Shown piece after piece: positions 15,400-27,825 of a stretch of 64,000 nt of DNA. Numbering within the stretch: position 1 is the first letter of the stretch; the number at the start of each line of letters is the position of its first letter. The translations under genes were made by a program, and so were the position numbers. The notes under the pieces were generated by a model. The model saw only the letters and a program-made list of their open reading frames with translations, was not told the DNA's origin and ran no database searches. Origin of the DNA: Camelus ferus (Eukaryota); the NCBI RefSeq assembly GCF_009834535.1, contig NC_045696.1, positions 26,352,001-26,416,000 of the forward strand, given 5' to 3'.

Positions 15400-15985
15400 T
15401 TGCATTTATCACTCCTCAGCTTAGAAACAGAATAAAATCCTCAGTTTGGCTTCTCAGGATCTTCTAAGACTGGATCCAAATCTATCTTTTGTAGCCAGTA
15501 GTGTTTACACAGCAGGGACCCTCCATTCCTGCAGGATTATACACTGTTCACTAGATGTGTTCTTGCTTCTTGGGCTTTGCTCAGTTAGCTCATTGCTTGG
15601 AATGTGTTCATTTTTTTTACTTCTCTAAATGCTACCATTTCTTAAAACTTCCCTAATGTTCATTTCTTGCAAAAAGCCTTTCACAGCTACCATAACACCA
15701 AGGAGTCCCTCTCTCTGGAAGTCCTATCCCATGTAAGTTATAGGCTGTATTATAACTTAAGTGCTGCTCCTCTGTGCTTGAGAGGGCTTCTGTCACGAAC
15801 TTACCACAGTCTTACAGAACAGTTGTTTTTGTTTTGCTGTTGTTGTTGTCATCACCATTGTGTTTTGTATTTTCTGTTCTTCCTGGCTGCAGGGTATAAG
15901 CTTTTTATCTGTGCATCTTTAGTGCCCAGTAGGGGAACATGATAATTGCCTGACTAATGCTTATTTACCTAAATGAAATGAATTA
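15400..15985 (+). mobile_element. LINE-2 3' fragment
   Basis: aataaaatcctcagtttggcttctcagg...gggctttgctca...ttggaatgtgtt, ending in aatgcttatttacctaaatgaaatgaat. Confidence 0.55.
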
Positions 15986-16588
15986 AATAGAATCAACCAC
16001 TTTCATACATTTCTTTATATTGTTAATTATCTTCGTATGTAATTCCCATGTCTTCAATTCTTTGATGTTTTCAACACTTCAACTCTTCAAGTCCAGAAAA
16101 CAAGCACTTTAAGAATAGGGATCATGTTTTATGCCTTCTGGTGTACCTGCGCCTAGTACAACGTCTTGCAGATATTATAAGAACAATCAGTGTGTGTCAC
16201 TAGATTGATTTCACAGGAAGGCGATATTTGAGTAATGAAGTGATTCTTTTTTGTCTTTATTCACAACACAATACCATATCGGGAAATGTTTTTATTAAAA
16301 ATTTTAGAAAATCATTAAAAATCCATTTTCCTATGCAAATATATGGGCTACGGGATTTACAGTGTATAACATTTAAAATGCGTGTATTAATAATGTACTT
16401 CCTTTTTCACATTTAATAGAGCGCTCTTTTCCTTTCCCCACTGTGTTTTGAGAAATGCTTAAAAATAAATCAGAAACTGTAGCCTCTGCCTGGCACTGAA
16501 CAATCCACCTAGTAGCAGATCTTCTTTTTGATATATCTTTCTTTGTCAACAGTTTATATTTACACATTTTCTTTCCTTTAAATTATAG

Positions 16589-16713
16589 CTCCTCCACAGT
16601 TTGTGGTTAGGCCAAGAGATCAGATTGTTGCTCAAGGTCGAACAGTGACATTTCCCTGTGAAACTAAAGGAAACCCGCAGCCAGCTGTGTTTTGGCAAAA
16701 AGAAGGCAGCCAG
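16589..16713 (+). CDS. ROBO2: ROBO2 exon (~7), N-terminal half of Ig4: (A)[41 protein letters not shown]
   Basis: Acceptor ctttcctttaaattatag, donor CAG|gtgagt, 125 nt, phase 1 to 0. Ig C and W residues present. Translated by hand; absent from the ORF track. Confidence 0.97.
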
Positions 16714-19147
16714 GTGAGTGAGAGTCTTGACCACTTTTCTGAAATCTGTGAACTTCCCCATCTCTGATGGTCCTCAAAGATTTCCTTGCCTCTCTAGTTA
16801 TCAACATTGAATTTATTTTATGTCTGAAAGAGAGACTTAATTCTAAAATAAGTGTGAATCAGATATTCTAATATTCTTTTTTTCTAGTGTTAATTTTCTA
16901 AAATCATCATCTCACGTAGAATAGATACAATGCAGTGTAACTAAATTATCTGAAAAAGTCTAACCTGTTGCTGTTTAAAATCTCTTTAACAGAAAGGTAA
17001 GTTTGCTTTCTCACATTGCTCTACATTAAGATAATTAAGTGAGTTAGTATATAAAGCACTTAGAACACCCTGGGCATATGTAAAATAGTCAAAAATATTT
17101 CCATTATTAATTAGTCTAGAACCCAATTTCAACTTCCTTCCATAGACAAACAGTATAAATACCTTTTCTTTATCATTAATCCAAAAATGCTTCCTTTTAA
17201 GAGGAGAAATATTTTCTTCCATCATCCTTTCTGCATTCCCTCAGAGTGAGGTTATACAGGAAATAATACGTTACATACCAGATAGAACCGACACTTACCT
17301 TGTCTTGGCTGTGTGCTGGTTTGTCCTCTCAGGGCCCTCTCCGGGCAGCACAACCTCTCAGACTCTGCTAAAAAAGCAAATTGGGTACCATACTTTTCTC
17401 AGGTACAGCTTGGTCCAAACTTGGACAAGCACAGGCCTCCAGGTTCTGAAGCAGTGAGAGGAATTTCCAGCTTAAACCAGATCAAAAATTGAATTCTTTA
17501 TCTAAGAATGTATCTGTGCATTTCTGAGGGACCTAGAGATGTTTTTGTTCTAGACTTTCCAGAACCACCCCCGAAGAAGCATGTAGTTCTCGGGAAGAGG
17601 CCTGCTGGCGCTCCTCCTTGGCACCCTCTGTTGCTAGTCCACGTTCTGGAAGAATTTCCCAGGCGAAAAATGGGAACAGCAATTAAAAACCTCAGACAAT
17701 CTGAAAACTTCACCAGAGATTAAAATGCTTTCTACTAAATTAAGAGAACCTGTTGATCAAAACCTGTGTATGATTATTTGGGTAGAGAGGCATCAAGAAG
17801 TTCCCCTCGGCCATCATCTTTAATTGTTGTGCGTTCCTATACAGTTCTGTACCACCCTAAGCTAGCAGTTATATAACATCTCAGTATGGATGGGCTAATT
17901 ACCTTATTCCCTTCCTCGATGTTCCTTGTTGGATTCACTTCCCCTGTGATTTGTGGGATGTAAAGATAGTGATGGGAAAGATAAGGTAAAGTTCTGGCCA
18001 CTGCCTTATCCTACATCAGGACTGTTCCAGAACTTACTTGCCATCTTGTTTAGTCATTCAAAACTATAAAATAGATTTCTACTCGTAAGAGTTTCTTGAT
18101 TCTTCACTTAAAATTGCTTTCAGATTAAAAATGCTAAAGTGAGTGTAAAGAAACATGATACAGTTATAACACACTTGAACATACTCCCAACCCACATACA
18201 TAACCTGAAAAAGGAAAGAATTCTAAAGCCATTTTCCCTCCTTATGATTGTACAACCTTATAGCACAATTTAATGCACTGAAACTCATTTTCTTAATCTA
18301 AAATATGAGGCTAATACATTTTACTCCATGTAAGTTATGAAGATGACATGATTAAGTGAGTTTCTATGTAAAAGTGCTTTACACATTGTAAAGGTTAGAA
18401 ATGGGGAAAATGCAGAATGCACTTGCTTTCCCTTGTGTCCTGGCTGAAGTGGCAAGTTTGTGCTTCTGGTCGGGCTAGGGCTGCCAGGGCCAGAGATGTC
18501 CCTCTGCCTGAGCACAGAGGCTCGCTCGCTCAGCACTGCTCTGGTCACCTCCGTCCCCAGCCACACACAATGCTGAGAAGGCTGGAGGGCATGAACCTGG
18601 AGAGCCCTGGTAGCTCGGCAAGATTCTTCCTCCTGCCTGTAGTTCCTCCCCTCCACCCAGTCTGGGAGCTGTGAGGTCCAAGAAGTTTCTCCCTCAAACC
18701 ACAGACAGCATAATTATGCAAAGATGTTATTTATTTATAAATGATACAAATATAATTATGTAAGTAATTTGGTTGTTGCATATTTACACTTTAAAATACA
18801 AGTGTTGCATCAAATCCCATTCTAACATATCTTATCATATAGATAAAGCTACGTTGCATGTAAATCACATGTCCTAAAATAGCTCCAGGTTTATATATGC
18901 TATTGCATAAAATGTGTATTGGTCTTGTGGCCCAATAAACATGATTTTTAAAGATGCTACGTTGTGTTTTAATGGCTTTTAAACAAGGAATGTTCAAATA
19001 GCATTAAAGCCTTTTTTTTTTTCCTGTTATTTGACAAAATGGCAGATAATTCCAGAGATACTAATCTCTGGGAAGATTAGGTAATTTGATTTGATTATAA
19101 TCTTAGGTCTGGTTTTCTTTTCTTCACCTATCTCCCTCACATCAGAC

Positions 19148-19264
19148 AGAGGAAGAGAAGGAGGGAGAGAGGAAGAGAAGGAGGGAGAGAGGAAGGGAAG
19201 GAGAGAGGAAGAGAAGGAGGGAGAGAGGAAGGGAGGGAGAGAGGGAGGGAAGGAAGGAGAGGGA
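19148..19264. repeat. 117-nt pure purine tract built on a 20-bp GAGAGGAAGAGAAGGAGGGA unit
   Basis: Only A and G from 19148 to 19264. Explains the low-complexity ORF 19027..19287. Confidence 0.95.
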
Positions 19265-20979
19265 TAGGAGACTGTGAGTGAGAACAAAAGAGAAATGCTT
19301 GAGCAAATTGTAAATTTTCAAATCATGAATTGGGATATTAGGAAAAATAAATTGGTCTTACTGTCTGCAGTATCCAATTTTTACCATGATCTATGACTGT
19401 TCATCAGTAGAGAGAGTTAAGAGCCTGGACTTAATGGTCCATATTCCTCAATATGTGCTGATAATGCCAATTAGCACTAATAGGATACAGGCACTTCAAG
19501 GCAAGAAGAGCTCTGTGGAATTCCTGGGTTTTGCTTGTAATCCATTTTCTTTTGCCTGTGTCATACAAGCAGGGAATAAAGATGATGGGTTAACCTCAAT
19601 CATATGCCGTTTTCCATGTCAACGAATCATTTAGAAGGTGGACTGATAATACATTGTAGAGGAAGAGATCCCAGAGAGAATTAAGCCCATCTGATGTATT
19701 AGCGCTATGTAAATTAGTATTCTAATGGCTAATTGTAGGAAAGTGCACACTTTGAGTTATTGTATCATTTTCAAGTGGCTTTAAAATTTAGACCCTTCTC
19801 TTTAAGATGGTTTATTTCAGTAATATATTTGGATTCCACGGGAGAATTAGCTTGTTCTCAAATTGTGCTTCATATGTATGAAAAAGTCTAGACTTATATA
19901 TACTAATACAAATTTTATAGGGGGGGGCAATAGAATTTTGAAATTATATTCCTGACATGCTAGCAAACATCACTTCTTTTAGAAAGCATTTAATAACATG
20001 GTAATGTTTATGTAAAGTGGGCTTATAGTGTCCCACTTGAATCTAATAAAGTGGACATCCATCATGTTGCAATAAAGAGAAGAGCTTCTAATTAAAGTAG
20101 GACATCATTCTCAGGATTAAAGTCATTTGGTGTAATTGAAAAGTGTTAATACGCTATTTTATCCTCTTGCATTGGTATTACTTCAAGGGTAAAAACATTT
20201 TAAGGTGAAAATGTGTCTTATGCCTTTAATTGAATGTTATTACCTCCTGATTGTAACCTATTGAAACTGTTTAATTACAAACCTGGAAAATTAATTACTA
20301 TATTGAGAAACAGATCCCAGAGGGTTATAATGTTCTTTTTTTGTAAGTAAATACAACATAAAAATTGATATATCCTTATTTGTAATCCAACTTGGAAGCA
20401 TATCTCAATATGATTTATTATACACGAATGTTTTTCTTAATCGAACAACAGTAAAGCAACATAGGTCATCCAACTGAATGTTATTGCACTCCTACAAGAA
20501 CTTGCAAAATTTTGTGATTAGGCTACATGTATGTAATATGAGATATATATAGTAAACTAATGCATTTTTTTAATTTTAAAAGGGTAATAATATGAAATTT
20601 TTTATCAAATGCATACTTCAGAAACATCTCACATCTTTTTATTTTCAGTGATTCGGTTAATCTTGCTTAGATGGTAGCACTTCTACCTAGCTCCTTGCCT
20701 GTTACAACCTGCAGAAATCTCACAGCAGAAGTAGATTCAGCTGTCTCGGTGGCAGTGTCAGTTACACACACTTTTGAACATCTTTAGGAGAAATTCTGTT
20801 AATTACATAAAGTATGCAAAATGATCAGCAGAAAATATATTTTGCATTCTTTAGTAATATGCGGTTTACAAAACATAGTTAATGTTACATTCCAGATTCT
20901 CAAACATCTCATGAGTTGAGTCAGACAAGCATTATCATGCTTATTTTACAGATGAGGAAACCATATTTCAAAAATATTT

Positions 20980-21213
20980 GGAGGGGTGGATATAGCTCAG
21001 TAGTAGAGTACGTGCTTAGCACACACAAGGTTCTGGGTTCAATCCCCAGTACCTCCATTAAAAATAAATATATATGGTTCCTATACGACTGAAGTATTGT
21101 GCTGTACACCAGAAATTGACACAACATTGTAAACTGACTATACTTCAGTAAAAATATATTAAAATAAATATATAAATAAGCCTAATTACCCACCCACCTC
21201 TGAAAAAAAAAAA
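20980..21213 (+). mobile_element. tRNA-derived SINE (camelid Vic-1-like), interrupted by a short L1 3' fragment
   Basis: A-box TAGCTCAGTAG, B-box GGTTCAATCC, A tail at 21203-21213. Clearly homologous to the copy at 22374. Confidence 0.85.
21075..21160 (+). mobile_element. 5'-truncated LINE-1 3' UTR end (86 bp) with a 14-bp target site duplication
   Basis: gctgtacaccagaaattgacacaacattgtaaactgactatacttca resembles laurasiatherian L1 3' termini. Flanked by AAAATAAATATATA at 21061-21074 and 21161-21174. Confidence 0.75.
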
Positions 21214-21514
21214 TTCAGTAACTCGCTGAAAGTCAGGGAGAGAGTGAAAGATTAAGATAAAGACCTAGGTGTTTTTGGATGATTGTTCCTTCAACAAGAG
21301 CACACTCACTTCTCAGTGTACAGTATTTGCCCATGATTTAGAAAAACTTTCCCAGTGAAACTCATTGTGTGGCATTTAAACATTTCAATACTATATTTTT
21401 AAATCTATGTATTTTCTTCTTTCAACCACGTTTCTACAACTGTGATAGCTGTTGTTAATATAATTTTCCTTCTGGGTGGGAAAAGAATATTGATAAAATT
21501 ATTTGTTTCCATAG

Positions 21515-21686
21515 AACCTGCTCTTCCCAAACCAACCCCAACAGCCCAACAGTAGATGTTCTGTGTCACCAACGGGGGACCTTACAATTACCAACATTCA
21601 GCGATCCGACGCGGGTTACTATATCTGCCAGGCCCTAACCGTGGCAGGAAGCATTTTAGCAAAAGCTCAACTGGAAGTTACCGACG
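21515..21686 (+). CDS. ROBO2: ROBO2 exon (~8), C-terminal half of Ig4: [57 protein letters not shown]
   Basis: Acceptor tttgtttccatag, donor ACG|gtgaga, 172 nt, phase 0 to 1. D-x-G-x-Y-x-C Ig motif. Confidence 0.97.
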
Positions 21687-22373
21687 GTGAGATATTTTTA
21701 GATTTGTTTTAGGAAAATATTGATTTTTATTTCAAGATTCATAAAAACCACATGAAATTTCTGATTTGTTAGTTACATCATTTAAATTAATGCTTATCTT
21801 CTAAGTTTGAATCTAGGTAAAATAATGTTTTTAATGGTTTCTAATTCTCCCTAATTTAATACCATTTACTTTCTCAGAGAACATATAATACAACCTATTT
21901 TATTCTTAAAAGTATAGTAATGAGTTATATAGAAATGTCATCTATATATTTTGATTTAATCTTATGGTGACATGATTGCTTCTAATGAATGGCAATAATT
22001 TTATTTTACTAGAGGACAAAAATGTCATCTTTAATATTATCAGTGGAAACAGAGATGAGTTTTTAGTTAGCTAATGACATTACGATATCCTATGGCTTTA
22101 TAATTACACATTCACTAAGTTAAATTAATTAAATACCTTCCAAATTATAAAGATGCTAAAATTATTCTTTTATTTGTACGTATGTACTACAAATCTCTAC
22201 TGAAGCACCTGATTCATAGTGAAAGTTGAAGAAGGTGTAGGGCTCTTCATAATCTGACTTTTTTCCCAAGAGCTTATTTATCATAATTGATAAGTAAGAA
22301 GTTTCAGATATTCAGTGAACCTCTGAGCTTGAACTTAAGCCATATCCTTTGACATCTTAAGTTAAAAATTCTT

Positions 22374-22539
22374 GGAGGAGGATATAGCCCAGTGGTTAGA
22401 GTTCATGCTTAGCATGCATAAGGTCCTGGGTTCAATCCCCAGTACCTCCATTAAAATAACTGACTAAATAAACAAACCTAATTACCTCCTCCCTGCCCTC
22501 ACCAAAAGAGGCAAAAAAACAAACAAAAAAAAAATCAAC
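22374..22539 (+). mobile_element. tRNA-derived SINE (camelid Vic-1-like), full length with target site duplication
   Basis: A-box TAGCCCAGTGG, B-box GGTTCAATCC, A-rich tail. Direct repeat AAAAATTCT at 22364-22372 and 22540-22548. Confidence 0.88.
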
Positions 22540-25500
22540 AAAAATTCTCCTGCTCTTTTATATTTGTGAGATTTGTGGGGTAAAGTGTTTTTCCTCTGGA
22601 CGCTGGCTTCTGAGATAAAAGAGCTTTGGGCTGTGACCTCTCTGATTCTGTTCTTTCTCTGCTGAGCTTTCATACAATTCAAATTTACATGTAGATTAAA
22701 AGGTCATTTAAAATTAATAGAAAGGCCATATTTTTTAATGTCTGTCCATAGTATTGCCTGATTCAGCGCCATGTCAGGAATGGGAATAAATAGAACAGAC
22801 AAACATTAGCTACGGGGACATTGAGTCGTTAATGGCCACACCTGCTGATGCTGCAGAGCTTTACTGCTATGGGACTGGAAGAAGGCAGGTTCAAGGGGAA
22901 TAGTGCTGAGAAATTCTTCTTTAGATGGGCAAGATCTTTGATCCTTTGTACCTCCATGTTTCTTAAAAGAAATAAAATATAATTATTAATCTTTTTTTCA
23001 GTTCCTGTGTTTTCTTCTACTAGAAAAAAAGTGTCTAGGTACATATACTTGGAAAATAAGATATTCTGGCCAATGCCTGTTTTATTCTGTGCTACTATGA
23101 AACATTCCAAATATTTTGCTTAAGCACTGTGCTATAATCTGGCTGCTTAGAGTATTTTACAAGAGACAGACTTTTTAAAATGTTTCTAAATGAAGTTGTT
23201 ATGAAAAAGGCAAACCATATTTGTAGAAAGCAACATTGATGGATTAGAAGAGCCAGTGGGTGTGACTGATACGGTTCATGAAACAGGTGGATATTCGAAA
23301 CTATGACTGATACAATAAAAAGGAAAACTTGTTTGGAGAACTTAAGTTTGTTGATGATGTAATCTCACAAACCACTAGTAATTCTAGCTTTGTTTCTGGA
23401 GTCAAATTTAAAAGAGTGATAAAGAAATTTAAATCAGTTGGCTGAGATGGCTCGGAACACTTTGTTACAACTGGCTTGAATATTAATTTCTACATTGATT
23501 TTTACTTAAGAAAGCAATCACAAAGTCAAGATCCTTTTGCAAGAACGCTGAATAGAGGTTATAGAGTTATTGATTTTGACAATAAAGAAATCTGACTTCA
23601 AGACCTACACACACAGACACACAAACACACATACACATTATTATAAATAACTCTAAATGTTAACTTGCCACATTGGCCAATGACTTCAGCTTCTATTCAT
23701 AGTTTTGAATTTTTCAGGTTGGTTAACAGTTTAATAATATGTAAGACATCATTTTCATTTTGAACATTTTTTGATATGATCCAGGGCAATTTAGAGCCAA
23801 ATAAAATTCCAGTGCAGAATGAAAACTTATGTCATGTTCAGAAAAAACATCTTTAGCAATGTTTCTGTTGTTACATTTTTGCACTTAGACTCCTTTCTTG
23901 GGAATATTTTTAACTCAAGGGCTCATATAAGATGAGATTGTTAATGGTGGTGAAAGATGCTGTTAAGTGATAATTTTACTGGTTAAAGATAGAGCTAAGA
24001 TGCTTTAACACTTGAATTTCAAAATATCCCCTTCAAAGGCCTTCGTATTAATTCACTAACACTTTTCTTCATTTCTTTTCTTCTACTCTTCTTTTTCTCT
24101 CAGAAAGTTAGAAAATTGTATGAAAATTCTGATTAGATCCAATAGAATCTAAAAGGACTGGAGAGAAGAAATGGATTTATATCTTATATTGACAATAAAT
24201 GTCACATCATGATCTTATATGAATGGTTTATTGAGGATTTATAATGCATAGTTAGAGAAAACCATGGAATTGTTCACAGATCACTGGAAACCCTAAATGT
24301 TCATTTAACCTTTGACCTTAGTGTCATGGAAACTTGTGGTCATCTTTCACCCATAACATCCTTGAAACTGAAAATTCTTTCAGGCCAGGAGATTTTCAAT
24401 TACTTTATTGATCAAATTCATTTAAAAGATGATGAGCTACTCATTTGGACAGTAAAAAAGAAAAAAAAAAAAAAGAAAACTAACCAGATGTCCATTGTCT
24501 ATATGTAATGATTTCAGGGATATGACAATAAAAGCAGGTTACAAGAATTCACTTGAATTCCATAGAGATATTTAATTTAAAACAGAGAAGTAACATTATT
24601 TAAAATTTATTAAATAGTTTCTACTCTGGTAATGCAGGCCCATTTTTCTCACTGAATTTAAAATTATCCATAATATTTTGGAAATTGGACTTCTGTTTTT
24701 GACTCATGAAGAAAATTAATTTAATGAAACTTTCAAGTTGAATACCTATTTGCATACCTATTGCTAGATGTGTCAGAATTGGTACAATATTGCATTTTCA
24801 CATTCTCTGAAGGTTATTTGACTTACTTCTAAAATGAAGAACTTGATAAAGAAAATTGGTGAATTAAATGACTCTAAGTTTTTGTAAAGGATACACAAAG
24901 AATATTTTTCCTTAGGTTTTTATAAGGTTTTCTACATATGTACACCCACATTTTAATACATATTTTGATGTAGTATGTTTAGATTGATTCGAAGTCCAGT
25001 CTATCTTGACACACAGAAGACATATATCATAATCCTTTTTAAAATCAAATTTGGTTGGCTTTCTCATGGTAGGCTCTAAAAGGGCTGTTTAGTTTAATTT
25101 TTTCCCCAAAACTGTGAATTCTAGTAATAAAAATGTACACAGATTGAGAAATAGACAGTCATATAAACTAGTATTTATGGTAGACTAAGGAAATTATAGC
25201 ATTAAAAAGCAAAAAATATTTTTATTATGTACACTGCAGTGCAAGTTGACTTTCTTGAGAAAAGACACCTCTTCACAGTTGCTCAGCAATAACTCCACCA
25301 TTTTTTCTTCTTGTGGAAGCTATACACATATATATTTTAATATTTTATATATATAATAAAGAGCATATTTGGATAATTAACCAAAATCTATGCAAAGTTT
25401 ATAAAATTTCTCTTAAGAAATACTTCTTTGGACCTGGACATGTCAGTTTCATTATCAGGTGGTCTTCTAATGAATTGTAGGTGAAAACTTGCCTCCAATT

Positions 25501-25842
25501 GATTCCATACTTTCATTACCCATTTAAATAATACTATACATTCTGATACACTTCCTAAATCATTATATAATACTTCTAAAGGCACTGATTACACTGCTAC
25601 AAATCAATATTTGATTAAAACAACACAGTGAACTAAGTTTATGAAATTATGGAAAATTTACTCAGTTGAACAAAGGAATTGATATATGTATATATATAAG
25701 CACAGATTTTTCATGAAAACCCCATTTTTGTCATGTCATAAATATAGTCTTAACTAGATTGTATTTTTTGCTTAATTGTATAGATGAATTAAATCATATC
25801 ATCCAAATTATATTACTATAATCTAGAGTTCAATGTCACAAT

Positions 25843-25896
25843 TTATATATAGTCTATATATTTTATATTTATATATATTTATATTTATATATATAG
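25843..25896. repeat. (TA)-rich low-complexity tract
   Basis: ttatatatagtctatatattttatatttatatatatttatatttatatatatag. Confidence 0.8.
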
Positions 25897-26432
25897 TCTA
25901 AGATTTTAACATCAGCAAAGATATTATGGTCTATATAAATGCAGCATGCAATTGTTGCTGTGAAGGTAAAATTATATATTACACACATATTTATAATAGA
26001 AGCAAAAGTGAAAATTGATTCTACTCATGTGATATTCCACAGGCTTTATTAAATATGCATAGGAGAGGTAAAATGACCATTTCATGAATGATTTCCACAA
26101 GCTCTCCACGTTTTAATTTTAATACGATTAAGCCTTTCAGTAATACTAAGTCTTTCCAAGATGTCAGAATTTATCTCATCATCATCTTAACTATAGGCAA
26201 CTCAAAGTAAGTTATAAGTAATAGTATGGCCTCACTACAATATGTGTAGATGTATGTGTAGTATAGATAGATAATAGATATACAATGGATATAGAATATA
26301 GAGAAAAAATTATGCATAATATGTATGACTTTGGGGCTTTAATCTTATTTTTGATATAAGACTACCGATGATATAAAGACTACTGAATTTCATAAAAGTT
26401 AAAATATCCTGAAAATAATCCTTGTCCTTTAG

Positions 26433-26638
26433 TTTTGACAGATAGACCTCCACCTATAATTCTACAAGGCCCAGCTAACCAAACGCTAGCAGTAGATGGT
26501 ACAGCATTACTGAAGTGTAAAGCTACTGGGGACCCACTTCCTGTAATTAGCTGGTTAAAGGAGGGATTTACTTTTCTGGGTAGAGATCCAAGAGCAACTA
26601 TACAAGAACAAGGAACCTTGCAGATTAAGAATTTACGG
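26433..26638 (+). CDS. ROBO2: ROBO2 exon (~9), Ig5: (V)LTDRPPPIILQGPANQTLAVDGTALLKCKATGDPLPVISWLKEGFTFLGRDPRATIQEQGTLQIKNLR
   Basis: Acceptor ccttgtcctttag, donor CGG|gtaagt, 206 nt, phase 1 to 0. Overlaps ORF 26435..26716. Confidence 0.97.
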
Positions 26639-27287
26639 GTAAGTTATGTTGGACTTGTATTTGGATCTTCATCTCAATGTAGGTATGTGCTGCCTGAGGG
26701 AAAAACTGGGTTGTGATGTTAAAATCTTACATTCCTGCATATTTGCTGTACCTTTTATTATAAGCTATGTTGTTTCTTATTTTACTAATGACAAATTGAG
26801 ATTAGAAGGAAGTTCATTGTCCTTATGTTAATCATAAGTTTATAGCAGATTTAGAAACTTTTTTGCCCCTTCACTCTAATCCATATGTATGCAATTGATG
26901 AAACTAAAAAGGTTAAATGCATGAAGTTAATAATAGTGATAGTATATTTAAAATAATTTGGAAGTGATGAATGCTCCTGATTTACTCTCATGAGCAAAGG
27001 AAGTTCACAAAGAAATGTGGATAAATTGACTCAGCTAAATAGTTATATGGAAAATAACCTAGAGATGAGGCTGATAAATACATAGCAAGCAGGTTTGACT
27101 AGCTGGTAGAGAATCTTATATTTCAGGTTAAGTTGCTGTGAAGTTTAGATTGAAACCTGTGAACAAGAACAAGACATTGCTAGTCTTACAACAGGAGATG
27201 ACATTACAGAAAATGACCATTCCTGCCAACTTAAGAAGTTAGACTTGCTTCAGGAGCAACTCAAACTAAATGTTTATTTCTGAATAT

Positions 27288-27825
27288 TGTACTACCTGTC
27301 TACTGCTGTGTAGCAGTTTTAGAAAACGCTTAGAGGTTCAAAGCAACACACATTTTTATCTCATATTTTCTGTTGGGGTTAGGAACCTGGGCATGGCTTA
27401 GCAGGGCCTTTTGTTTCAGGGTCTCACAAAGCTACAATCAGAGTTGTAGTCTCATCTGAAGATTGGCTGGGGACAGATTTGCTTCCAAAGGACATGACTG
27501 TTAGCAGAATTCGGTTCCTTACGGCTGTCAGACTGGTGATCTCAGCTTGCTTGCTGATGGCTGAAGGCTGCCTTCAGTTCCTTGCCATATGAATATTCCC
27601 AGTGTGATTGCTTGCTTCCTCAGAGTCAACAAGGAAGAGAGTTTCCTGGCAAGATAGGCATTAGACTCCTATATAACATAATCACAAATGTGACATCTTG
27701 TCCCCCTTGCCATATTCTATTGGCCAGAAGTAAGTCAGCAAGTCCCCCATATACTCAAGGTGAGGGATTACATAAGGTGTGAGTACCAGAAGGATGTTCT
27801 CATGGAGGCCACTTGCTCTCCACAA
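27288..27825 (-). mobile_element. MaLR solo LTR (MLT1 family)
   Basis: Same motif order as 5227-5835 (tctactgctgtgtagca...gatttgcttccaa...ttgccatattctattggccagaagtaagtca). Confidence 0.75.

Larger units (their letters stand above)
20905..21290 (-). mobile_element. MIR remnant split by the SINE at 20980-21213
   Basis: attttacagatgaggaaac (reverse MIR core) lies left of the SINE and agtaactcgctgaaagtc continues on the right. Confidence 0.6.

Noticed and set aside
1..16588. The 12-nt NOVA-regulated ROBO2 microexon between Ig3 and Ig4 (recalled as encoding x-R-P-V)
   Set aside because: I found no AG-[12 nt]-GT with that coding by eye. It probably lies upstream of the window, though I may have missed it.
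20980..21056. tRNA gene (also at 22374-22448)
   Set aside because: A and B boxes are present, but the shared non-tRNA tail, poly(A) and target site duplication identify SINEs.
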